Below, in pieces: positions 24,801 through 36,230 of a DNA stretch of 64,000 nt. The position numbers were made by a program, and so were the translations under genes. Under the pieces are notes generated by a model. It was not told the origin of the DNA. It saw nothing but the letters and a program-made list of their open reading frames with translations, and did no database searches. The stretch spans positions 10,230,001 through 10,294,000 of the forward strand of contig OZ176050.1 of NCBI GenBank assembly GCA_964247055.1. Direction: 5' to 3'. This DNA is from Paragordius varius. Its lineage: Eukaryota > Animalia > Nematomorpha. The stretch's first letter is position 1. Every line of letters begins with the position of its first letter.

Positions 24801-27800
24801 ATCGACAATACTAAAGAAAGACATAGTTTATTGTAATAAAATGTACAAGTATTGTAAAATAGATCAAGTAATGTTTTTTTGATATTATATTAATATGATA
24901 CGTTGACAAAATAATTTTTAATTTGGCCAAAGAATATTATGGAAAAAATCAAAATCTTAAAGAGGTCGGTAAAACAGTTAACTGATATCTTTTTAAAATC
25001 TGTAAGTTATATTTTTAACTCTGCTAAATAATTCTTATAAAAAAAATATATGGTTCAAAATAAATTCCTATACGGAAATTTTTATTTAGAAGCCAAAAAA
25101 ATTTGTCTTGGGAAAAGATGTTCTTTATGAAAATGTATTTTTTAAAAAACATTTTAGTGTTAAACTTTAAAGCCGCGATATTATTATCGTCATAATGGTT
25201 ACCGTTATCTTATATGAATATTATCTTAAGATTAACACATTAACTTTTGGGGTAGTTTTCAGACCGATATTTTAAAAAATATTTAAGGTATTAGGCCAAA
25301 TTAAACTATGTTTTCTTTGTTTAGACGCATCTCTCGAAATACCATTTTTTTAAAAAATGTAAAATTGTAAAAAAATTATCATCTTATACTTTTTGGCCGC
25401 CATTTTTTTCCTTAAATGTGTATAATCGTTGACAACAGTAAAATAAATGTATATTATGGTTAGAAAATGCATCAGAAATCTTTTAGGCTCCATTTTACCA
25501 GCAAATATTTAATATTTATTTATTTTACAATCAGCTGTTATTTCAATCTTGTTTTAGATATGTTTTTAGAGTGTAATTGTAAAAATATAAGCTTTTTAAC
25601 TAATACAGGAGAACAAAGAGTAATAATTAAATTTTAACCATAATAACTCTCAAAAGAGTAGTCTCTTTACAAGATAAAGCTCTGGTATATAAAATATCCC
25701 CAAAATGTCATCGCGGACAAAAAATCAAAATGTAAAAAGGTTTTAACAAGGAAATTTTTCAATGCTTAAAAATATTTTTTAATAAAATATTTGGTTCGTT
25801 CGACAATAAATAAACTTTTGTTTTTATATTTTTGGAGTCTTAGTTATGTTAAACAAAATATTTTATACTATACCTGTGTCCAATGCTAAGAATTTACAAA
25901 ATATAAATATATGATAAGGACAACAAAGTCCTATTGCTCTATCCCCGTGGTGTTAGCATTCGGTGACTAACAACAGAGACTAATTTTTAATGTTCTAAAC
26001 CAGGGGTATCCAACAATTAGATATTAAATATATGCAAAAACTCACTGTTTTAATTTTTGGTAGTTTATTTTCAAAATCGGAAAGACTTAATTAGAGGTAT
26101 GATTAGGAAAATCATAACTTAAATCTCGTAAAATTATGTATTTGAAATTTCTCGCGGGATGCATTTAGAGATTCGCGTGTTGAGCACTTCTGTTCTAAAC
26201 ATTTATTTTGCAAGGAGTTTTTTTAACAGGGTAAATGACAGGTTAAATGTCAACTTAAACACCATGTATTCTAAAAAATTATAGTAAACTTTAAATTTAA
26301 TGTTTAATCGTTGCCGTAATATTTGATAAACATTATATTATTAACCAATTGTTATTAATCATTTATAAAATGTAAATTCTGAAATTCTTGGTAATGATAG
26401 TAAAAATATAAACCAAGATATATAAATTTTAATCTTTATGAGTTATTTTTGGATATTTGTTTGTTTGTTTTTTATTTTATAATTTGATCTAAATGTATTC
26501 GTTTAATATTAGGTTTTTCCCCAACAAAATGTTCACATGGTGAACTTGTACTCACTCTTTATTTTGCAACAAACATGAAAAATTTAACGTATAAAATTAA
26601 ATTGATGTTTTTTTATAAATGTCAAACAAAAATTTTATAAATAAAACAATTTTTAAGGTGTACTAAAAGATGTTACCATTCATAATAGTAGATGATTCCT
26701 GATTATGTGGTATCGGCGGGTCGGAATGTTGATTTTTTTCGAGAATATGTTTTATTTGTTCTAAATGATACAGTAATGAGCGCTGTTTTATAGACCATAA
26801 CTGTATTTTAAATGGCTAAAAGGGCATTTAACGTACATGTGTGCTGCTATGTGGGAGATTTTTTAATTTGTTAGTTAAAACATTTAATTTCTCAACAATT
26901 TTCTAAAATAATAGAAAATGGAAAAATTTCACACATGGCAACAGATATGTAAATTAAATACCCTTTAAGCCATTTAAAATATAGATATGGCCTATAGTGC
27001 TCGTTACTATAGATCAGTGATACTCAAACCGCGGCCCGCGGGCCGCATGCGGCCCCAAGAGTGCTTTAAAATTGCCCTATGACCAAATTAATTTTATTTT
27101 TTATCGCTGAATTTTCAAAATAGACATAAACAAATTTTCGACTATTTAAATTTTAATTTATTTTCCTTAGATTTTGGTATATTTATCCAATTTGAAATCC
27201 TTAATTAAAATGATTTCAAAATTTTGGCAACATTGTTTCTGCTGTATTTTCTTTGCTATTTGGAATCATTGAATTTCTTTTTTGTATTTAAGCAGCCTTT
27301 CACCCAAACTTGCATATACATATTCTTTTCATAGCTATCCTTCATTTTTTATAACTCATTACCATAAAATATTTTTCAAGTCAACTTCATTAAATTTCGA
27401 CCTGTTTTTTAATGCATAATTAAAATTATATTCCTAATTTTTTTAAAAATAACATAACACAAATTAAAGAATGACATCTAATGCTAAAAACGAAATTATC
27501 CGATGAAAATCGCACCCTTAAAAAAGAATGGGAAGAAAAATTCTTTGTCGTTTTAAATAAAAACAGACAATTTGCAATACATCATTTTCATAAAATACCA
27601 GAAAATCATGAGTAAAAAACGAAAAGATATAGATAACCACATCTGCGACAGAGTATTCAACCGCCGTAAATTCAAAATTCAAAGATATCCACAGTTGATG
27701 ATATTTTTTTGTAAACCGTTGTGAGATAACTAGCCTTAGCAAAAAATAAATATATTTTTTGTTTTGCATGAAATTCTTTTATTTATAAAAGAAAACAGAT

Positions 27801-30800
27801 AGTATGACGGGGAAATTGATTAAATGGTGGGTTTTATTAGCCTACCTTTGCGACATTACTTATAAATTTAGTATTTTTGAACAAGTCTTCAAGGGAGCAA
27901 AATATTAACCAAATTTTCTAATGAAATATCTGCTTTTGAAGAAAAATTAGTAATATATAAACAAAATTTTAAATAACTCCTATATTTTCCAACACTTAAA
28001 TCGATTCATAGAAAAAATATGGAATTTATTGCGAAGATTAATTTAATAATAGACAATCATTTAACATTTTAATGAGATGAAATTCAGATTTCAAGAATTA
28101 AGAAATATTAAAATTGCTTAAAACTCGTTGAAAATACATGGCATATGGATATCAATATTAAGCAAATTGAGCACTTCGGTTTTGATCAGGCGCATATCAT
28201 TAAAAAATTCATAGATTTAATAAATTATTCTAATTTGGAGGCTATATTCAGAAGAATCGTAGAGAAAAAAGATATGTAGAGTTTTGGCAAGATGTGCCAA
28301 ATAAATATGAAAATATAAAAAAATATGCTCAAGTCATCCTAATTGTTTTTCCCTCAACTTACACGTGTGAGACGGCATATTCAAAAAAGAAGCATGTCAG
28401 GAATACATACAGAAATCGCTAAACCGATGATCATATGGACGACCTATTAAGATTGGCCTATCATGAGGCGGAAGCATATTTGTCAAAAATTATTGGTTAA
28501 TATCATAATAAATGTTGTCATCAAAATATTTTAATTTTTTAAACTAAATGGTTAAAAACGAGTTTTTAGCTGCATGCGATCCGCAAAAAACTCATTGCAT
28601 TGATTTAGTATAAATATGTCCATATGTGTCAAATAGCTATGGAATATTTGCCATTATCATGGCCCTCGGAAAAAAAATATATTTTATTTGGCCCGTCAAA
28701 TTTTTTTGGTGAGTACCGCTGCTATAGATTATATTTCCCAAATCTAATTTAAGTGTTTGAAAACAAACAACAAATAGCAAAACATATATAATAAAATTGA
28801 CCTTTCTTTTCTTCATCAACATGTCCCAACACTAAAATTGGGGTGAATGTCACATCTGTTATTAATATAATATATTATGCAATTCATATAATATACCATT
28901 TGCAGTCCAAATTCACCCTTAAACAATTTAAATTCACCCTTGAACAATTCGAATTCACCTTCGAACAATTCAAATTCACCCTAAAATAAATTTTGTGTTT
29001 TTTAAGATTATGTATTACTAAATTTTTTTTTAAAAAAAGAAATTTTTTATGTAATCAAAATAATACTGAAAAAATAATAATAGCCATAAATATATATTGA
29101 ATTTTAATGATGAGTTATATTATACCGGAATTTCATAATTTATTTTTAGGGTGAATATGAATTGTTCAAGGGTGAATTTGAATTGTTTAAGGGGAATTCG
29201 AACTGTAAATAGTATGTTATATTAATGAAAAAATACGATTATAAAATTATATGTCTCAAAATCAAAACATGGATTGGGAAGGACGCCATAATAATACAAA
29301 ACAAATAATTATTAAATTCCATTTTTATTAGAACATACATCCTTTGTTACTAATGATATATACTAAAAAATTTTAAAATTATTTTTAATCAATTGACATC
29401 GGATAAAAACAAATATATTAATCAGTTGTTTGTACTTAAAAAATTAAGGTATTTATTTCGCTTCATGACGTTTAACTTTTTTTCCACGATTTAAAGTTAA
29501 TAAAACTAACCTGATTGAATCAAAATTTAAGTTAATAAACATTTTTGGGCTAAAACTTACTTGTTAAATGGGTCTCATTCAGATGCTGTTTAACAAATGT
29601 TTCCAATTTAGCAGTTGCATTGTAAATATCTAAAATTATTGCCAAGTATACCGGACACGTTTAAGCGTATTGTCAAAGTGTGATTCGTATTTGCTATTAT
29701 ATTTATAGTTCTTATATCATAATATATATGTATTCTAAAATCTCAAGTAAATTTAAAAGTTTTTTAGTACCATTTCGTTTTTGAAAACTGTGTAGTTTAA
29801 ACCCATTAGTTAGTTTCAAACCATTTTTTAATGAACGAATCTTATCAATGCGATTTGTATGAATGTTTCCGTGTACAAAGGCTGTTTGTGGATTTAGTGC
29901 GTTATCTTTTATGGGTATTTACAAAAAGAATTATAGAAAATAACGCCATTTATACATATTTAAACCATAATATATATGTTTAAAGATACTTTTCAATATG
30001 GCAAACATGCATATAAATATTACAGTTAATATATATAATCTTGATGATATAGCGATTTGGCGAAAATTTTGTTTTCTTAATAAATTAGAGTAGTAATGTT
30101 GTTTAGTTATGAGGATCACTTCTAATATATATTATACCATTTTTCAGCTCAAAAGCAACATTGTTTCAAGCAAACGCAATATTTTAAGCAAAATAAATGA
30201 AAAAATCTGCTTTCGACTGAAAAATGGTTTATACAATAACTTTTTGGTTTCATCAGCTTCTAGTGTAGCCCAATTCGGTTTTAGTCAAATGGTTTAGATT
30301 TCAATTCAATCCAAATGTTATTTAAAATTTTTGCGATATAGTTCAAATATCCACAAAAACAAATATTATATGCAACGTTTCTCGAAAAGGATAAAATATG
30401 GATGACTAAAATTTATCATAAAATAGGGACATCGAACAAATGGAAAAAATGAGAAATATTTTTTGGAACCGTTTTTCCTATGGTTTGGGTTTAATATCCC
30501 TCTTTTTCAATCCAAAATATTTAAATTATTGTTTTAGTATGTATATAACATCATTAATACCTAAATATAGTGGAATATCGTTTGGAAGAGTGTTATTATC
30601 ATTCTTGAACAAAAATTTTGCGTAATTATCCGTGCTATCAGCTTTCACTTCAACTATATTATATTTAAAATATTTAGATAAATTATGTCAAGTAAATATT
30701 ACCTTTTTGAAGCAATAATTATAATATACATTTAAAAAGTCAGAAATCTAATTAAAAAGCTGCTTATTAATCAAAATTAACTCTATTAATCCCGCCAATA

Positions 30801-32008
30801 AAATTATCGCCATCATAGTAAAAAGTTTTCAGCTAATTTATTTACATAATATAAAAAAATTACTGATAAATTTCCATGAAGGATAAAAAAGCATTAAATA
30901 TATAAATCGAAACATTTGGCGATTAGAATAACAAAAAAACACAATAAAGCCAGTAAATGCGTGGCTAGAGAAATTGTTAAAAATGTTATTTTTTGAATAA
31001 AAAATTTCCTAGGTATGTTAGTATGGTATTCACCTTTTTCATCATCTATAAATATTTATAATTATAAAAATTTTATCCACATATACAAAATTAAAAATAA
31101 ACCTTTACCTGTCTGGCTTGATGTAAGCTATTAATTTAGATTTTATGGCTTCTATGTATATAGTTATGATATATATTTATATATATATATATATTTCATC
31201 TAAATATATTTGCAATTCAGCGTAAATATTAGCGAATTTGTGTAGATTTTTTAATAAACAGGTCAATAAGAGAAAAATATTTTAGAAATTTAAAATAGGA
31301 AGTTAGGGAACTGGTTTGGATCTTTTTTGCCCACGCCTCCTAAAAATTCGACCTTTGTCCAAAAAAACTAGACAAAAACGATTTCAGCTCCAATCCCTAT
31401 ATAATAAAGACTGGTTATTTTAAATTTGATTTATTTGACACCTCATGACATTTTGGGTATTTTTATACAAACCAAAAGATAATTAATAATTTAACCTTAA
31501 AATTAGTAAAAAAAAATTCTTTAGAAAAATTAAAATAATAAAGACCCTCTTCTCTAATTTTTCGCCATTTTTTCCTTTATTTTAAAACCGAATATACAAT
31601 AGTTAAAAAACTGATATTATGTTGAAATATAAAAAATTAATTCAAATTACGATTTGAAAGCAAATACTTGATATTTGGTGTTTAGGTCGGATAAGGATAG
31701 GTTGGTTTCTTTAAGGATGTTATCCATACAACGAGTTCGTCTTCTCCCTCTTTTTCGGGCACCACTCACTTTCCCCAGCATCAGTGATTTTTCAAGTGAG
31801 CTGGATCTCATGATGTGCCCGAAGAAGGAGAGTTTTTGCCGTGTTAAGCTGCCAAGTAGTGACATTTAATGAATGGAGAAGCTTTATATTCAATGTTGCA
31901 ATTAGTCGGAATCGACTTTAGCAAACAACAACAACAACTTGATATTTATTGATTTTAAAATCAACTGTTAGTTTCATTTGTCTTTTGGAGCTATCTGAAC
32001 TCGGGATT
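21867..32008 (-). CDS. Candidate multi-exon gene encoding an N-glycosylated extracellular or stalk-like protein; both ends unresolved
   Basis: AG/GT-bounded, stop-free, phase-compatible exons: 32008-31939, 31127-31109, 30653-30561, 29629-29561, 28855-28802, 26760-26677, 25885-25874 (tentative), 22553-22368, 22226-22203, 22135-22085, 21908-21867 (tentative). The join reads ...MKLTVDFKINKYQ|LTSSQTVEVKADSTDNYAKF...YNATAKLETFVKQHLNETHLTNVTFTPILVLG...HSSSFTSFDN...ETEPPEITVRRQRIRDLNDHQIRHTIIYIST. It has sequons NNT, NAT, NET and NVT. No family recognised. Confidence 0.55.
23526..23729. mobile_element. Tc1/mariner-type MITE with CAGTCATGTA ends
   Basis: TA|cagtcatgtatatgtagaattgaca versus the reverse complement of the right end cagtcatgtatgattagaattgtca|TA; same terminal 10-mer as the 10004 element. 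Confidence 0.7.
26001..26192. mobile_element. hAT-type MITE, 192 bp
   Basis: Perfect 8-bp TSD TTCTAAAC (25993-26000, 26193-26200); termini CAGGGGTATCCAAC and GTTGAGCACTTCTG. Confidence 0.9.
26771..27009. mobile_element. Palindromic TA-flanked MITE (Tc1-like CAGTAA end, ~100-bp imperfect arms)
   Basis: TA|cagtaatgagcgc...ttttaaatggctaaaagggcatttaa versus ttaaataccctttaagccatttaaaa...gtgctcgttacta|TA. Confidence 0.7.
27015..28721 (+). mobile_element. Internally deleted, degenerate hAT transposon (Buster/Charlie/SPIN-like)
   Basis: 8-bp TSD CTATAGAT (27007-27014, 28722-28729); TIRs CAGTGATACTCA and TGAGTACCGCTG. Transposase remnants: KLSDENRTLKKEWEEKFFV (~27490-27550) and the dimerisation-domain-like FPSTYTCETAYS...RNR*TDDHMDDLLRLA (~28345-28460). 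Confidence 0.9.
28894..29214. mobile_element. Second MITE with 21-nt tandem repeats in both arms
   Basis: About 3.5 units of AAATTCACCCTTGAACAATTC on the left and about 2.5 inverted units on the right; ends match the 17757 copy. Confidence 0.75.
31677..31936. mobile_element. 5'-inverted, truncated RTE (BovB-like) LINE insertion
   Basis: 11-bp TSD ACTTGATATTT (31666-31676, 31937-31947). The minus-strand segment encodes MSLLGSLTRQKLSFFGHIMRSSSLEKSLMLGKVSGARKRGRRRTRCMDNI...LSDL. The plus-strand segment encodes the following C-terminus NEWRSFIFNVAISRNRL* and ends in AGTCGGAATCGACTT...(AAC)n. Confidence 0.9.
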
Positions 32009-32679
32009 CTTGAAGTTAAAAAACTGTTATTGTAAGTTTTTTTAGCTAGTACACGGTAAGAGGGATATTATTTTAACAACTTTTAAAATAGTAATTTGTT
32101 TACGAATCTCTGGGATTAAAAACTCTCTCACAATGTCATCGCGCACAAAAAATTGTTCAAGGCAATTTAAATTGATAAAACCATGTTATCTAATACTAGT
32201 CATTAAAAAATGAGTTTCAAACGTAAGAAGTGGATAAATTTTGATAAGTCTAACCTATTCGAAAATCCATTCTTCCAATGGCCCCTTTAATTTCTTGTAA
32301 GCCTCCCAAAAGGAGTGGATTCTGTTCGAATCCACTGTGTATAGACGACTTTTGCTAAGTAATATCTGAATCAAAAAAAATTTTATTTTTAAAAAATTAA
32401 TTTTAGTGTTTTCTTATTTTATACATTTAATGGATCAAAAGTAAGAATTATTTTATATAATTACCTTATTTAAACCTATGTGAAAAACTTTTTAAACAAA
32501 CTCAATATTTTCGCAAAACTTTTTCATTCAAATTTACCATTTATTTATAATAATTAATTAATTTTATGTATTCAAATTAATTAATATATATAATTCCTAT
32601 TTTAGATTTAATATAAAATGATTAAATATTATGTTTTTGTTAAAAAAACCAAATGCCTCTCTCCCAGTTTAGATATTTT

Positions 32680-32682
<3 letters not shown>

Positions 32683-32719
<37 letters not shown>
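32683..32719. repeat. (TA)n microsatellite, about 18 units
   Basis: Seen directly. Confidence 0.95.
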
Positions 32720-32721
<2 letters not shown>

Positions 32722-34339
32722 AAAAAAAATTAATTAAAGATTTAAAAAATGTCGAGTTTCTTATGAAAAAAAAGTAACAATAATGGTTTGTACAACCATA
32801 TAAAATCTGTTGATCCTATTCCTTATTATAGAATTGAATGCATTAACACATTTATTACCTTATGGGGTGATAGATTAGAATACATCAAGTTAGTTAACCT
32901 TAGACGAGACCAATTTATATATTAGATTTGAATACATTTTGATGACCTTTTATATATGAGTTAAACGATTGTATCAATTTTGTATTTAACCTGCACAAGT
33001 TATTTTACCTTGGCTTAACATGTAAATATTGTATTCACAAAAAGTATATAAACATCGCAAACTGTATGTAGTTTGGTTTTTGCTTTTTATCTCAATAAAT
33101 CTTATTGTTTTACGGTTTCTTGATTTACCACATGGGGTAATATATTAAAGATTTAAAATATGAAAATAAATTAAGCATTTAGGAAATTACGCAAAAAATT
33201 TACTTTCTTCAGCCACAAAGGCGCTTGCTATATTCAAAAAAATGGATTCTTAAATATCCTCATCTGAAACTTGGCTGCCATTTTTATCTGAAATATTTTT
33301 AATAGCTATTGTAAAAGGCAATAAATATTATTATGGTTAAAAATGTTATTAATTATACTTAATTACATTTTTTTGTACAGATGACATTTCGTCAGCGAGC
33401 TTAAAGTAGTAAATAAACTAGTGTTTAAAAATTTGTATTGAATAAAATTTAATTATAAAACCCTTTTGTTATAATTACTATTCTTCTAAAATCCCATATT
33501 ATAGCTACAAGACGACTTAAACGAATTAAAATCATTTATTATCCAAAGTTTGATGGTAAATTATAACTTAAAAGCTTCCCAAGTTCATAATATTATATTT
33601 TTTTACATGCCTGTTGTATTATAATCCAATACCTTTTGGTAAAGTTTTATATCCCAGAGCGATTCAAAATTTGAATATCTTAAAAAATATTAAGGTATTA
33701 AGCCAATTAAATATGCTTTCTTTCGGATTTTGGGCACATAATGTAAAAAATCCTCATCTAAAACTTTTTTGCCGCCATTTTTTTCCATAATTTTTTTTAA
33801 ATCGCTAATGTAACAGACAAATATTTGTAAATTATGATTAAAAAATGTAAATAATTAGCTTTAAGAAATTGTTAAGCTAAATTTTACAAGTAAACTTGAT
33901 ATTTTGATTTTAGTATAAGCTGTTCGTTTCAGTCGTTAAAGCTCCCAATTTCACACTTTCGAAATCAATACATGTAAACAATGTTTGATAAACATCTAAA
34001 ATATCAACACTATAGTTTATTAACAAAATTGAGCTGTATATCTACCCCAATATCTAAGACAAAAAGTGAAAAGGTTATCAAGTGGTAAAAAAAATGGCGA
34101 CGAAAAAGTTTTTAAAGAAAATATGTACAAAATTTATTTCTTTTTTTGTAACACGCGCATAAAAGGATAAAAAGGCATTTTTTTAAATTTGAACCGATGC
34201 TAAAAATATTTTTTTTATATTTATAGAAAGGCCCTGGGGTAAAAACTGTACTATGTATAAAAATCAAAATACAATGAATTATGAAGGACCAGTTCGTATA
34301 AACGAATATGCGATAAAGAGCTTTATCTTTCGTTGAATT

Positions 34340-34590
34340 ACATTAAATTCTATTTTCTAACATTGATATAAACAAAAAAAGTGGTTTATTATACAAGTTA
34401 ATGTACGTATATCATGTTGACTGAATTTTAACCATAAGTATAATCAAGTTTTTTTAATAATGAATATTTTTATATATTACGGTCCATCAATGTTATATAA
34501 CAAACTTTTGATTTGATATTTTTAGAATTATTTGATTTTAACCAGGCCTGGACAAGAGACTCCAATTTAAATCGGAGTGAAATGTGTTCT
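34340..34590 (-). mobile_element. Eroded piggyBac-type MITE fragment
   Basis: ctaacattgata...ggtttatt...catgttgact...aggcctgg...caatttaaatcggag aligns loosely to 44740-45030. Confidence 0.55.
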
Positions 34591-34913
34591 AGTATAATTT
34601 CAAAGATGTTATCCGAGAATTTGAATATATTTATTTTTATGGCTAATGAGGCATTGATAATATTTCCGATAATGTTTTAACAGTCTTTTATCATTAAGGC
34701 CGGAAAAGGCATAATTTCCAAATTTATGGTTTAATTTCTTACATGCAATGAAAAGCAGTAATTAAGGCGTTCGATACCAATTAATTAATTCAGAAGCTAT
34801 TGTCGGAACAATTAGAGTAAAAGTAGAGCATAATTTAAATTTATTATATATGTTGTAAATTGAGAAAAGAGCTTTTAATTTTGCATTCATGAAAATGATC
34901 CGCCATAAACAAA

Positions 34914-35611
34914 CTAATATTTTTCTTCAACCAATCCTTCTTTCAAAAATATGAAATATGGTGTGATGCCATCTTCGCGATAGTTAAGCAAGGCAACCAT
35001 ACCTTCATCACCAAAATTTTCTCCTATTGTAATAAAAAATATAAAAATATTTTTTAATAAATACACATGTAATATAGACATTTCTTGATCATGCTATTAT
35101 GTAACATGATTGATTTAATGCCATGTATATAACATACCGACGTAGAAATCGTAATCCTTGATATTGGCTAATATTTTCTTAAAAAATGGTTCCATTTTCG
35201 CTTTAAGCTTATCACTTTCCTCTTTGCCTTTTGTTTCTTCTATTTTTTGGAATAACCTTGAATTATAATTCATATATACCTCTTGCAATATCTTTTAAAA
35301 TAATCTTTAAAATCTGATTTCTGAAATTGTATTTGAGTGAGCTTATGATTTAAAACTATATCGATCCCCTTTTCTACCAATTCTTCTGTACCTTCATCAG
35401 CTTCTTCGGCAGATGGATTACTTCCAATAAATGCGTCAAAGTTTCCCTCATTACGTGATACCATCTAAAGTAAATAATTTTTATAACCCGTCCATCTACT
35501 TCATAGTATAAATCATCGATTAATTTATGCTTCGATGAGTCAGAAAATAATTCGGCATCTAAAAAATTATATTTGAATCTTACCCGTAAAAATGTCTTTG
35601 AAAATTTTCAT
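34914..35611 (-). CDS. TPT1: Translationally controlled tumour protein (TCTP), complete, 170 aa
   Basis: Exons 35611-35584, 35558-35488, 35464-35280, 35256-35138 and 35023-34914 total 513 nt. Translation: MKIFKDIFTDAELFSD...EVDGRMVSRNEG...IGSNPSAEE...GIDIVLNHKL...[39 protein letters not shown]. Both TCTP signature regions are present. Introns are 25, 23, 23 and 114 nt. Confidence 0.97.
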
Positions 35612-36019
35612 GCTGGATTTTTGCGGAAATTTAATTTACCACAAGGTGCACAAAAAAATTTCCATTGTTATTGTTACATATTAAAATAATTTTACGAAAC
35701 ATGTAATTTTTAATTATAAAATTTATGTTCATTATCTTAGATTTAGATATAATTATTTTTAATGTCTGTTTATGCTTTTTAATATGATCATGCCTTTATT
35801 TCCATCGATAATATAAAGAGTGCACAAAAAAGGGTATAAAAAATTAAATGAATTGTATATTTTGATATATAACAGGATTTAAATTTGTTAAGCTTTATAT
35901 AAAAAAATCGCAACAAACTCATATTATAGAGTTGGAAGCATGGTAAATACGGTAAAAATAATTTGATATATTATAAAAATACTTTTAGTATAAATTTGAT
36001 GATGATCAACATCACTTTT

Positions 36020-36230
36020 AATTTCATGCTTCTATACTAATAAAAATTATATAAATAACACAAAATTTTTAAAAATTAACTTCCATAAAAAGTGTTATGC
36101 AAAACTCTTTCGATACCATTTTTATATTGCAACGGTTTTGCAAAATATCTTTTTTGGTCCGCTAAATTTAAGTTAGCTTAAAAATGACAAGTTACATTGC
36201 TATTAAAGTTTATTTTGAATTATTTTTATA
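36020..36230 (-). mobile_element. Internal fragment of the piggyBac-type MITE
   Basis: aatttcatgcttctatactaataaaaattatataaataa...ttttgcaaaatatc matches 44548-44690. Confidence 0.55.

Noticed and set aside
25951-25980. Fragment resembling the 5' half of tRNA-Glu
   Set aside because: Only about 28 nt with an internal gap and no T arm; compatible with chance.
28900-29200. 21-nt repeats as a CRISPR-like array
   Set aside because: Units are head-to-tail without unique spacers, are mirrored as inverted arms, and sit in a eukaryotic intron.
32255-32350. Extra upstream exon of the hidden gene (NPLLLGG, laminin-G-like) with a 9-bp hairpin
   Set aside because: Two frames look protein-like, and neither is phase-compatible with the acceptor at 32009, so it was left out of the model.
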